Shown: positions 11,194 to 20,908 of the stretch, piece after piece
Layout: every line of letters starts with the position of its first letter
Position numbering within the stretch: the stretch's first letter is position 1
Assembly: GCA_023409835.1 (NCBI GenBank)
Contig: JAEYQV010000132.1
Span: 8,330-72,329, forward strand
Length of the DNA stretch: 64,000 bases
Direction of reading: 5' to 3'
Source: Bacillota bacterium
GTDB lineage: Bacteria > Bacillota > Clostridia > Lachnospirales > Lachnospiraceae
Program-made: the position numbers and the translations under genes
The notes under the pieces: model-generated
What the model was told of the DNA's origin: nothing
The model's database searches: none
What the model saw: the letters and a program-made list of their open reading frames with translations, nothing else

Positions 11194-12966
11194 ATGGCTT
11201 TAGACGGAATTGTAATATCGAATGTAATTCAGGAGCTGCGGGAAGCCCTCCTTGGAGGTAGAATCAATAAGATCGCACAACCGGAAAAGGACGAACTGCT
11301 CCTTACGATTAAAGGACTGGCGCGGGAGCCCTATAAGCTTCTGTTATCTGCAGGTGCCGGACTCCCCTTAATCTATCTGACGGAAAATTCAAAACCAAGC
11401 CCCTTGACTGCTCCCAACTTCTGCATGCTGTTAAGAAAGCATTTAAACAGTGCAAAGATTCTGGACATAAGTCAACCCGGTTTGGAACGTATTGTAAATA
11501 TAAAGATAGAGCACATGGATGAGCTTGGGGATCTTAAAATTAAGTATCTGATCATCGAACTCATGGGAAAACACAGCAATATTATCTTCTGTGACGAGGA
11601 TATGGTGATACTGGACAGCATTAAGAGGATCAACCAATTTATCAGCTCGGTCCGGGAGGTTCTACCGGGAAGGAGTTATTTCATTCCTGAGACAACGGAG
11701 AAATTTGATCCTCTAAATATTGATTATGATACCTTCCGTATGTCAATTCTAAGTAAACCCCTGCCGATTGGGAAGGCTCTGTATACCGGGTTAACCGGAA
11801 TTAGTCCTTTAATTGCAAATGAGATCTGCTGTCGGGCTTCGATTGATGCCGGAGAGCCCACCGCTTCCCTCAGCGAAGCTGCCGGTCTCCATCTCTTCCG
11901 CAACCTTGAGAGGCTGATGGACGAGGTGAAGGAAGGAAGGTTTCAGCCGAATATCGTGCTGCAGGAGGGTGCTCCCGTGGAATTCTCCAGTTTACCCCTG
12001 GCCTGCTATCAGGGCTGTGAGGTCAATCACTTTTCCTCTGTCTCGGCGATGCTGGAGACCTATTATGCTGCTAAGAATACAGTAACCAGAAACCGTCAAA
12101 AATCTGCCGATCTGCGTAAGGTGGTCTCAAATGCCATCGACAGGGCAAGCAAGAAATACGATCTGCAGCTTAAGCAGCTTAAGGATACGGACAAGCGGGA
12201 CAAATTCAAGGTATACGGAGAGCTCATAACAACCTACGGTTACAGTCTGGAGCCGGGAGCGAAGGAGCTGACCGCCGAAAACTATTATGATAATAAGGAA
12301 ATTACGATTCCTCTGGATCCTACCCTATCACCAATGGAGAATGCACAGGTATATTTTGAAAAATACAACAAACTGAAACGAACCTATGATGCTCTGACTG
12401 CACTGCTTCAGGAGACCTCGGAGGAGCTGATCCATCTTGACTCCATCCGGACGGCACTTGATATCGCATCGGATGAGAATGATTTATCCGAGCTGAAGCG
12501 TGAGCTTGCAGAGTATGGCTATATAAAACGGAAGGCGGAAGGCGGTAGAAACCGTCAGGACAAGAAGGGTAATCCTAAGAAAGCCTCTCCGAAAAGTAAA
12601 CCGCTGCATTATATCTCCTCTGACGGATATCATATGTATGTCGGTAAGAATAATTTTCAAAATGACGAGCTTACCTTCCAATTTGCCGAGGGAGGTGACT
12701 GGTGGTTCCATGCCAAGAAGCTGCCCGGATCCCATGTCATTGTGAAGGCAGGAGGGATCGAGCTGCCGGATAGAACCTTCGAAGAAGCAGGCCGGCTGGC
12801 TGCCCACTATTCGGGAGCGAAAGAAGCTGATAAGGTAGAGATCGATTATACCCTGCGTAAGAATGTCAAGAAACCGGCAGGGGGTAAACCCGGCTTCGTA
12901 GTATATTATACGAATTATTCCATGGTAGCCGGTACGAATATCAACGGCATCACCCAGGTCATATAG
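11194..12966 (+). CDS. rqcH: Ribosome quality control protein RqcH / NFACT (FbpA-like)
   Basis: MALDG start, FCMLLRKHL, IELMGKHSNII, coiled coil, VGKNNFQND...WFHAK.PGSHV, PGFVVY. Confidence 0.92.
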   Translation: MALDGIVISNVIQELREALLGGRINKIAQPEKDELLLTIKGLAREPYKLLLSAGAGLPLIYLTENSKPSPLTAPNFCMLLRKHLNSAKILDISQPGLERIVNIKIEHMDELGDLKIKYLIIELMGKHSNIIFCDEDMVILDSIKRINQFISSVREVLPGRSYFIPETTEKFDPLNIDYDTFRMSILSKPLPIGKALYTGLTGISPLIANEICCRASIDAGEPTASLSEAAGLHLFRNLERLMDEVKEGRFQPNIVLQEGAPVEFSSLPLACYQGCEVNHFSSVSAMLETYYAAKNTVTRNRQKSADLRKVVSNAIDRASKKYDLQLKQLKDTDKRDKFKVYGELITTYGYSLEPGAKELTAENYYDNKEITIPLDPTLSPMENAQVYFEKYNKLKRTYDALTALLQETSEELIHLDSIRTALDIASDENDLSELKRELAEYGYIKRKAEGGRNRQDKKGNPKKASPKSKPLHYISSDGYHMYVGKNNFQNDELTFQFAEGGDWWFHAKKLPGSHVIVKAGGIELPDRTFEEAGRLAAHYSGAKEADKVEIDYTLRKNVKKPAGGKPGFVVYYTNYSMVAGTNINGITQVI

Positions 12967-12991
12967 CTTGCTGCTGGTTGGAATCTTTGTA

Positions 12992-13070
12992 CCCATTTCC
13001 ATAGGAGGACATGGACAGTACCGAAACAAGCTCATTTTTCGGAATCTGTCCACATCCCCCTATGAATGGG
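12992..13070. repeat. Long imperfect inverted repeat after rqcH
   Basis: CCCATT..CATAGG.GGA..TGGACAG..CCGAAA pairs with TTTCGG...CTGTCCA..TCC.CCTATG-AATGGG. Confidence 0.65.
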
Positions 13071-13372
13071 CACACTTACCCTGTCATTTAATTATTAACA
13101 GAATGCTTTTCTGAATATCATTTCTATGCCTTGAAAAGGACAGTTAGAAGTAAAGTTAGTAGTCAGTGTCTCACTTGATGGTAGCACACCACCGATTTAT
13201 AGCAGCTTGTAGGAGTTTCACATTGAAATCTCGTGGGGTTCCTCACATTTTTGATTGATTACCATATTTATGTATGCTAAAATCATCTGATAGCTTTCAC
13301 AAACGCCTACTATGGTAAGAAAGGAGATCACCGGGCATATGCTTCTGATGCCATGCCGGTGAAGGAGCTCTT

Positions 13373-14260
13373 ATGATAATTGCGGATTACCACGTTCATT
13401 CCAATTTTTCCAGTGACGGTAAGTCTCCCATGGAACAGATCATTGAACAAGCCCTTCGTCTGGGATTAAAAACCCTCTGCTTTACGGATCATCTGGATTA
13501 TGATTATCCTCTGGTCAGTAATTACAGCTTTGTATTTGATGTTGGAGAATATTTTAAGAAGCTTGCTGAATTAAAGGAGAACTATCACGGAAGGTTGGAG
13601 CTTTTAAGCGGAGTCGAGCTTGGACTTCAGCCTCATATCAAGGATAAGCTGGCTTCACTTGTAAATAGCAATGCCTTTGATTTTATCATCGGCTCCTCCC
13701 ATGTAGTCGACCATATGGATCCCTATTATCCGGAATATTGGCAGGACATATCGGAGGAAGAAGGAATCCGCCGCTATTTCCAGTCCATTCTGGATAACTG
13801 CAGAGCCTTCGACGGCTTCCATGTCTACGGACACCTGGATTATATCGTACGATACGCACCCAGCATGATAGCCTACAAGAAAGCGTTACAATCGGCTTCC
13901 TCTATGACGGGATCTGAAAGCCTTCCGGCAGAGGCCTACAGGAAGGTATGTTCCATATACACCTATGATAAATTTGCAGATATTCTGGATGAGGTGCTTA
14001 AGACAATCCTATCCCTGGGAAAAGGTATCGAGGTGAATACCGCCGGTTTAAAATACGGACTGGAATATCCACATCCACGAATAGAGATTTTAAAACGTTA
14101 TAAGGAGCTGGGCGGTGAACTGATTACCATCGGCTCCGATGCCCATCGTTTTGAGGAGCTCTGTTATGACTTTCCTAAGGCAGAGGAGCTTCTAAAAAGC
14201 CTGGGCTTCAAGTATTATGCAATCTTCCGGCAGGGTAAGCCCCATATGGTAAAGCTATAA
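13373..14260 (+). CDS. Histidinol-phosphatase HisJ-family PHP hydrolase
   Basis: DYHVHS, FTDH, GSSH, GHLDY, EVNT and GSDAH motifs. Confidence 0.88.
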   Translation: MIIADYHVHSNFSSDGKSPMEQIIEQALRLGLKTLCFTDHLDYDYPLVSNYSFVFDVGEYFKKLAELKENYHGRLELLSGVELGLQPHIKDKLASLVNSNAFDFIIGSSHVVDHMDPYYPEYWQDISEEEGIRRYFQSILDNCRAFDGFHVYGHLDYIVRYAPSMIAYKKALQSASSMTGSESLPAEAYRKVCSIYTYDKFADILDEVLKTILSLGKGIEVNTAGLKYGLEYPHPRIEILKRYKELGGELITIGSDAHRFEELCYDFPKAEELLKSLGFKYYAIFRQGKPHMVKL

Positions 14261-14597
14261 GAACACTATACTTTAGTCCACGGAGGGTGTTTTCTATCCT
14301 CGCACCTGAGATTACTAAGACTACCGGACTGGTTGGAACGCTTATAAAGAAGATGAAATGATGAATCGTTATTTTGATGAAACAATAATATTCATTAATA
14401 AAAGAAGCCCGAGGGACTATGAAATCCCTTGGGCATTTATATTATGGTAAGTAATACGATTTATCGTTTCATCATGTTTTATATCAGCATACACTTTCTG
14501 CTTGATGATCCATCGACATAACGCTAATCCTTCTGTGAAGAACAATAAGAGTAGGCCTCTTCTGTACTTAAGCCTCTGCTGCATCTCATAAAATTAA

Positions 14598-15752
14598 CTA
14601 TTTACGAATAATCGTTCCGCCGCCAACCACATAATCCTCCTGGTAGAATACGACTGCCTGTCCGGGAGTGATGGCCCGTTGCGGCTCTTCAAATATGCAC
14701 AGCACCTCATCCTTCGCGGTCTTCTTAATCCTACACCGGGCGCCCTTATGGCTGTATCGAATCTTAGCGGTTACCGTCATCTCGTCCTCCAGATCCTCGA
14801 TTGCCATAAAATTAAGCTGATTTGCATACAGACGGTCCGAGAATACCTCCTCGGCACTACCGATCACCACTTCGTTGGTCTCGGGTTTAAGCTCCAGTAC
14901 GAATACCGGTTGTCCAAAAGCAAGGTTCAAGCCCTTTCTCTGACCGACGGTATAATTGGCCAGTCCCTTATGCTGCCCCAGAACTCTGCCCCTAACGTCT
15001 ACAAAATTACCGGGGGTCAGTCCTAAGACTTCAGGGCTTGCAGCACTTATGTCTGCCCGATTATTTTCCATTCCTGTGCCCGAGGCAAGCTTCTGATTCT
15101 CCTGCTTCAGATAATCCAAGATGAAGCCGGAGTAATTATTATCCGGTACAAAGCAGATCTCCTGGCTGTCCGGTTTATTGGCAACCGGTAGCTGTAGCTC
15201 CTTAGCCAGCTCTCTTATCTCAGCCTTCGTATATGCACCGATAGGCATCAGGGTATGTTCCAGCTGAAATTGGGTCAGGTTATACAAGGCATAGGTCTGG
15301 TCCTTCGCATCGGTAACGGATTTCTTAATGACAAACCGTCCGTTATCCAGTCTGGTAATCCCCGCATAATGTCCGGTGGCTACATAGGAGGCACCGATAT
15401 TTAATGATCTCTGGAGTAAGGCCTCCCACTTAACATAGCGGTTGCAGGCAATACAAGGATTCGGTGTTCTGGCCTGAAGATATTCCGATACAAAATAATC
15501 TATGACATTTTCCTTGAACTCCTGCTTAAAATTCATTACATAGTACGGTATATCCAGTACAGCAGCAACTCTTCTGGCATCCTCGACCGCACTGAGTCCA
15601 CAGCAGCCGCCCTTCTCTTCCATGGAACAGACCTCTTCATCCTGCCAGATCTGCATCGTCACACCGATGACATCATAGCCCTGCTTTTTTAACAGGTATG
15701 CCGCCACGGAGGAATCCACGCCTCCGGACATCCCAACTACTACCTTTTCCAT
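14598..15752 (-). CDS. mnmA: tRNA 2-thiouridine(34) synthase MnmA
   Basis: [51 protein letters not shown]. Confidence 0.96.
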   Translation of the reverse strand: MEKVVVGMSGGVDSSVAAYLLKKQGYDVIGVTMQIWQDEEVCSMEEKGGCCGLSAVEDARRVAAVLDIPYYVMNFKQEFKENVIDYFVSEYLQARTPNPCIACNRYVKWEALLQRSLNIGASYVATGHYAGITRLDNGRFVIKKSVTDAKDQTYALYNLTQFQLEHTLMPIGAYTKAEIRELAKELQLPVANKPDSQEICFVPDNNYSGFILDYLKQENQKLASGTGMENNRADISAASPEVLGLTPGNFVDVRGRVLGQHKGLANYTVGQRKGLNLAFGQPVFVLELKPETNEVVIGSAEEVFSDRLYANQLNFMAIEDLEDEMTVTAKIRYSHKGARCRIKKTAKDEVLCIFEEPQRAITPGQAVVFYQEDYVVGGGTIIRK

Positions 15753-15785
15753 CGTAAGCTCCGTTCTAAGTAATCTCTATGGTAA

Positions 15786-16223
15786 TTAATACTCAATCGT
15801 TTCTTCTTCCTCACCGATATCTGACTTCGGCTTCTCGAGGCCTTCAATCTTGATGCCCTTCTTCTCGGCATAATCCCAGAGGGCTGCATGAATGGCTTCC
15901 TCTGCTAACAGGGAGCAATGAACCTTAACCGGCGGAAGACCGTCCAGGGCTTCCATAACTGCTTTATTCGTTATCTGCAGCGCCTCCTGCACAGATTTTC
16001 CCTTCACCAGCTCGGTTGCCATACTGCTGGTTGCTACTGCCGCACCGCAGCCGAAGGTTTTGAATTTAACTTCTCTGATAATGCCATTATCGTCAATATC
16101 AAGATACATCCTCATAATGTCCCCGCATTTTGCATTTCCTACGGTGCCGACGCCACTGGCATTCTCTATTTCACCCACATTTCTGGGATTTGTAAAATGA
16201 TCCATTACTTTCTGTGTATACAT
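15786..16223 (-). CDS. iscU: Fe-S scaffold NifU/IscU
   Basis: DHFTNPRNVG, CGD, TFGC, LPPVKVHCS. Confidence 0.95.
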   Translation of the reverse strand: MYTQKVMDHFTNPRNVGEIENASGVGTVGNAKCGDIMRMYLDIDDNGIIREVKFKTFGCGAAVATSSMATELVKGKSVQEALQITNKAVMEALDGLPPVKVHCSLLAEEAIHAALWDYAEKKGIKIEGLEKPKSDIGEEEETIEY

Positions 16224-16280
16224 AAGCTTTCCTCCGTTATCACTTTATCCTGTTTGTTTGCTCTCTATCAGTTATAAACC

Positions 16281-17459
16281 TTATCTCTTCCTCATGAAAT
16301 CCTCATATAGGGGAGACATATTTCTAAGCTTCTCTACGATCTCCTTAATTCTGTCCACCGTATAATCAAGCTCCTCCTTGGTATTCTCATCACTGAGCGT
16401 GAGTCTCAGGGAGCCATGGGCGATCTCGTGGGGCAGACCAATGGCAAGTAATACATGGGACGGATCCAGTGAACCCGAGGTACAGGCTGAACCACTGGAG
16501 GCACAGATATTATTCATATCCAGCATGATCAGAAGGGATTCGCCTTCAATAAACTGGAAGCTGAAATTCGCATTGTTTGGAAGTCTTCTCATCCTGTCAC
16601 CGTTCAGTCTGACATAGGGAATCTCGGATAATACTCTCTTAATCAGATGATTCCTGAGCTCGGTCTCCTTCTCCGCTCTGCTCTGAAGGGTTGCCATGGC
16701 AATCTCGACAGCCTTTCCGAAGCCGACAATACCGGGAACATTCTCCGTACCGGCTCTTCTCTGTCGCTCCTGACCTCCCCCGTGAACCAGAGATCGTATC
16801 TTAACTCCCTTCCTGATATAGAGGAAGCCGATTCCCTTCGGTCCGTTCAGCTTATGCGCACTGGCACTCAGCATATCGATATTCAGATCGTTTACATTAA
16901 TATCCACCTGGCCAAAGGCCTGTACTGCATCGGTATGGAACAGAATATTATGCTTTTTCGCGATGGCACCGATTTCCTTGATTGGCTGGATTGTCCCGAT
17001 CTCATTATTGGCATACATGACAGAGATCAGAGTGGTGGTCGGCCGGATTGCTTTCTCTAACTGATCCAGCTTTATGATTCCCTGCTCATCCACATCAACA
17101 TAGGTAACCTCATATCCCTTCTTTTCGAGATACTCGCAGGTATGAAGAATCGCATGGTGCTCAATCTTAGAGGTGATGATATGCTTTCCCTTCCCCTCGT
17201 AAGCCTCTGCGGTTGCCTTCAAAGCCCAGTTATCAGATTCGGAGCCGCCTCCGGTAAAATAAATCTCTGTTATATCAGCACCGAGAGCCTTCGCAATGAT
17301 TCCTCTCGCATCATCAACAGCCTTCTTATTCTGGGAGGCAAATTCATAAACACTGGATGGATTCCCATACAATTCAGTAAAGTATGGCAGCATCGCTTCT
17401 ACAACTTCCGGTCTGGTTTTAGTTGTCGCTGCATTATCAAGGTATATTTTCTTATCCAT
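16281..17459 (-). CDS. iscS: Cysteine desulfurase NifS/IscS
   Basis: YLDNAATT, HTDAVQ, SAHKLNGPKG, SSGSACTS. Confidence 0.96.
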   Translation of the reverse strand: MDKKIYLDNAATTKTRPEVVEAMLPYFTELYGNPSSVYEFASQNKKAVDDARGIIAKALGADITEIYFTGGGSESDNWALKATAEAYEGKGKHIITSKIEHHAILHTCEYLEKKGYEVTYVDVDEQGIIKLDQLEKAIRPTTTLISVMYANNEIGTIQPIKEIGAIAKKHNILFHTDAVQAFGQVDINVNDLNIDMLSASAHKLNGPKGIGFLYIRKGVKIRSLVHGGGQERQRRAGTENVPGIVGFGKAVEIAMATLQSRAEKETELRNHLIKRVLSEIPYVRLNGDRMRRLPNNANFSFQFIEGESLLIMLDMNNICASSGSACTSGSLDPSHVLLAIGLPHEIAHGSLRLTLSDENTKEELDYTVDRIKEIVEKLRNMSPLYEDFMRKR

Positions 17460-17485
17460 GTTGTCATCTCCTAATATTCAAAATA

Positions 17486-17962
17486 TTATTTTCCACAGGT
17501 ATGTTTCGTACGGACTCCATCAATGGCTCCATCCTCTGCTTGAACCTTTTTACTTTCTGCAACCAGTTCGGAAAGCATAATTCCATCCACAGCATCATTT
17601 ATACTATCACTAATACGCTTCCAAACATATTTTGTTACACAGGAATCTGAGATATGGCAGGGGCTGTCACCCTTGTTTACCTCGGAGCAATCAACAGGAT
17701 TTAGGTCTCCCTCCAAGGCTCTGAGAATATCACCAACAGAGATTTCCTCCGCAGGTTTCGCCAAAATATATCCACCCTGTGCTCCACGGATTCCATTCAC
17801 TATCCCGGACTTCTTCAGCTTTGCAATCAGCTGCTCTAAGTAATTAATGGAGATTCCCTGACGCTCTGCAACCTGACTTAAGGCCACTGCCTCATCCTCC
17901 GTATGAACGGCCAGGTCGAGTACCGCACGGAGGCCGTATCTTCCTTTGGTAGATAGCTTCAT
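17486..17962 (-). CDS. iscR: Rrf2-family regulator (IscR-like, three Cys)
   Basis: MKLSTKGRYG, YLEQL, RGAQGGY, C-x9-C-x5-C; first gene of the iscS-iscU-mnmA operon. Confidence 0.85.
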   Translation of the reverse strand: MKLSTKGRYGLRAVLDLAVHTEDEAVALSQVAERQGISINYLEQLIAKLKKSGIVNGIRGAQGGYILAKPAEEISVGDILRALEGDLNPVDCSEVNKGDSPCHISDSCVTKYVWKRISDSINDAVDGIMLSELVAESKKVQAEDGAIDGVRTKHTCGK

Positions 17963-17982
17963 TCCCTCATCCCTTCTTCTAT

Positions 17983-18065
17983 TTCCTACTAATTTAATTC
18001 CTATCGTTTTAATTCCTATTAATTTACTTGGTTATAAATATAGCACTCTGCGTTTCCCTTGTCAA
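17983..18065 (-). promoter_or_regulatory. isc promoter with three 15-bp tandem repeats in the leader
   Basis: TTGACA(18065-18060)-N17-TATATT with a TG extension. Repeats on +: TTCCTACTAATTTAA / TTCCTATCGTTTTAA / TTCCTATTAATTTAC at 17983-18027. Confidence 0.7.
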
Positions 18066-18381
18066 CGGGGTATAATAAAAAAATTCATTAATTTACAGAA
18101 CTGCTGTAATCCACCTATTCAAACCTGGCTATGGAATGGAATACTGATTAAAAGATATCGTTATAAGATACTTTGAGAGCTGAGTATAGAAATCAGATCA
18201 TATAAATGGAATATAATGGTGGTTAAAATCTTGCCCCGGTGGTATTCTATATTTATTCATTATAGTTATCCTATACGAAGCTGAGATTGTTTACTTGGAC
18301 TGATCGGTAACAGAATTACCGAAGCTCCAAGCCTAATATCCTAATCCGTTAATATACAGTAATTTTGAGGAGGTAGTATAA

Positions 18382-18831
18382 GTGTCAGCCATAAAAAAAG
18401 CTATCATCGGTGTCATTATTCTTATTTTTTTAACATCCGTAATCATCTTTTTCTATCCCTTACCCTTTGAACGTAATATTCAAAATGACTATGATTTAAA
18501 TGTGGTGTATATAAGAGTCAGCTTAGTAAATGGTGAACCACAACAAAATTCCACCAGTTATCACTATGAATCAGGTTCAAAGGAAATCGGACGGATTAAG
18601 CAAATACTACGAAAGTATTCCTATCATCGTGGGATACGATCCTGGTCTAAGAATAATACTATGGAAGGAAATGATGTCGGTTATTGGATTCAGCTATATT
18701 CCGGTGAAAATAATATTATTATGGGGGGAACCGGCGAAATCATCGTAAATAACCACATCTATCATATTGGATATTGGGGAAATAGTAAGGCCCAAACTCT
18801 CATGGAAGAACTTCGTGAGGTTTTAGAATAG
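18382..18831 (+). CDS. Hypothetical membrane-anchored protein
   Basis: GAGGAGG RBS, GTG start, N-terminal TM helix; AT-rich. Confidence 0.7.
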   Translation: MSAIKKAIIGVIILIFLTSVIIFFYPLPFERNIQNDYDLNVVYIRVSLVNGEPQQNSTSYHYESGSKEIGRIKQILRKYSYHRGIRSWSKNNTMEGNDVGYWIQLYSGENNIIMGGTGEIIVNNHIYHIGYWGNSKAQTLMEELREVLE

Positions 18832-18865
18832 ACATATCCCACCACCAAAAAAGCTAAGGCTTCCC

Positions 18866-19087
18866 TTAGCTTATTCCGTGTAATTCTTTTACACAGTCTA
18901 GTATATCCTGCCTTGATTGGAACTCCTCTGTGTGCTTCAGTACATAATTTCTGGTATCTGAATCCAACGAGGATAAATAGCTATCCCTGTCCTGGTCCGA
19001 ATCAAAGATACCGGGTATAAACATATAGCTGCCGAATGGCAGTATTGTCGTATTACTGGTTGTAAATTGATTTTGTGTGGGATCCAT
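18866..19087 (-). CDS. Small hypothetical protein (73 aa), possibly forespore-expressed
   Basis: GGAGGTG RBS before ATG 19087; upstream GTATG-N17-AATAATA (19134-19106). Confidence 0.65.
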   Translation of the reverse strand: MDPTQNQFTTSNTTILPFGSYMFIPGIFDSDQDRDSYLSSLDSDTRNYVLKHTEEFQSRQDILDCVKELHGIS

Positions 19088-19330
19088 CTGATTCACCTCC
19101 GGTATTATTATTTGTAGTCTGTAAGAAAGCATACATCGGTTAAAAATAATACCGGACGTAAGCCACCGGACATTCGGTTCGTTCATCATTCCTTTTCCCT
19201 AACCATTCATTTCAAAACCCCGGACAAGCGATTTTGTTGGTATTTATCTCTGTCAGGGTCGTCAACTCCCTAACATAAGTTCTTTTGCTTGGAAATATAT
19301 ATTAAGAAAGGACTTGTGAGGTTATGCAGA

Positions 19331-20908
19331 ATGAAGAGAAATGGTTTACTTTCGGGGAGCAGCAGGCATCCGGGAAGAAGTAATATTTTGAAAGGTACCA
19401 TTATCCTTACCCTGGCCGGCTTCATTACCAGAGTAATCGGGTTTTTCTATAAGATTTTCTTATCCAAAACGATGGGAGCGGAATGGCTGGGTATCTATCA
19501 GCTGGTCTTTCCCGTCTATGGAATATGCTTTACAATCTATGCCACCGGTATCCAGACCTCCATCTCACGTCTCGTAGCTGCAGAGATGGGTAGAAGGAAC
19601 CCGAAGAATGCTTTTAAGATTCTTCGGATCGGAGTAATTCTGTCCGTATCCCTGGCCCTCCTCCTGTCCTTGCTGGTTTATAAAAATGCCGAATTTCTAT
19701 CGGTTCGTTTTTTACTTGAGCCAAGAAGTGCTTCATCCTTAAGACTGCTGGCTCTTGTTTTCCCCTTCTGCGGAGTAACCTCCTGTATCAATGGCTATTA
19801 TTATGGCTTAAAGAGGGCAGGTGTACCTGCAACGACTCAGCTGCTGGAGCAGCTTGTCCGGGTAATTGTGGTATATCTAATGGCACTATACGTTGGTAAC
19901 GGTGATTTCCGGGTTACCTGTGAGATGGCTGTGATCGGTTTAGTCATCGGTGAAGTTGCCTCCAGTATCTATAACCTGATCTCCATCTTCGTTACAAAAT
20001 CACCCGCTTCACTTCTGCTTCAGGGTCCGGACCCCAAAGCTAAGGCTTCCGGAAGGAAACTCGTATTAAAAAATATTCTGAGTATGAGTGTGCCCTTATC
20101 GGCAAATCGTCTATTTATAAATATTCTTCACAGTATGGAGGCTGTACTAATTCCCGCAATGCTAAGAAGATTCGGTTTTAGTACCGGAGAGGCTCTCAGC
20201 TCCTTTGGTATCCTGAATGGCATGTCCATGCCCTTCATTATGTTTCCGACTGCAGTTATCAATGCACTTGCAGTACTGCTGCTTCCGACGATATCAGAAG
20301 CCCAGGCAGTGAATAACGAGAAATTAATCGGTAAGACCACCTCTATATCCATCAAATACAGCCTTATCATAGGAATTATCAGCACGGGAATCTTTATCAT
20401 CTTCGGCAGAGAACTGGGCAAGGCAGTGTTCCATAATACAGAGGCCGGTGATTATCTGATCATTCTTGCCTGGATCTGTCCGTTCATTTATCTGACCACA
20501 ACTTTGGGCAGCATTATCAACGGTCTTGGAAAGGCTCACATAACCTTCATCAATTCTGTCGTGGGTTCCTTAAGCAGAATTCTGATGATTGTAATTCTGA
20601 TTCCGAAGCTTGGCATGCAGGGCTATCTGGCAGCTCTGCTGGTTGGACAGCTGTTCGTCACTTCGCTGGATACCTTTGCCGTGATAAGGCATGTACACTT
20701 CCCCTTTCAGGCGGTCGACAGTCTGTTGAAGCCCGGACTCATTGTAGCCTTCGCCGGTTTCCTGCTTAAGTCCGTATATGAATATGTACAAAAAATAACG
20801 CAAATCAATTCAGCAGTGTTGATCCTATCCTTCTGCTTATTGTTCTGCGTTATGAGTATTGCTCTCTCTCTGATTACGAATACTGTCTCAAAAAAGGATT
20901 TCAGATAG
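19331..20908 (+). CDS. spoVB: SpoVB/MurJ-family flippase
   Basis: ILKGTIILTLAGFITRVIGFFY, GIYQLVFP, ISRLVA, many TM helices. Confidence 0.85.
   Translation: MKRNGLLSGSSRHPGRSNILKGTIILTLAGFITRVIGFFYKIFLSKTMGAEWLGIYQLVFPVYGICFTIYATGIQTSISRLVAAEMGRRNPKNAFKILRIGVILSVSLALLLSLLVYKNAEFLSVRFLLEPRSASSLRLLALVFPFCGVTSCINGYYYGLKRAGVPATTQLLEQLVRVIVVYLMALYVGNGDFRVTCEMAVIGLVIGEVASSIYNLISIFVTKSPASLLLQGPDPKAKASGRKLVLKNILSMSVPLSANRLFINILHSMEAVLIPAMLRRFGFSTGEALSSFGILNGMSMPFIMFPTAVINALAVLLLPTISEAQAVNNEKLIGKTTSISIKYSLIIGIISTGIFIIFGRELGKAVFHNTEAGDYLIILAWICPFIYLTTTLGSIINGLGKAHITFINSVVGSLSRILMIVILIPKLGMQGYLAALLVGQLFVTSLDTFAVIRHVHFPFQAVDSLLKPGLIVAFAGFLLKSVYEYVQKITQINSAVLILSFCLLFCVMSIALSLITNTVSKKDFR

Noticed and set aside
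12484..13053. 189-aa minus ORF and the many other ORFs nested in or antisense to clear genes (e.g. 7891-8361, 53925-54428, 55692-56291, 60364-60900)
   Set aside because: They overlap well-supported genes and show no recognisable motifs.
17983..18027. Tandem 15-mers as a mini-CRISPR or iteron set
   Set aside because: Head-to-tail, degenerate, spacerless and located in an Rrf2 leader; an operator is the simpler reading.
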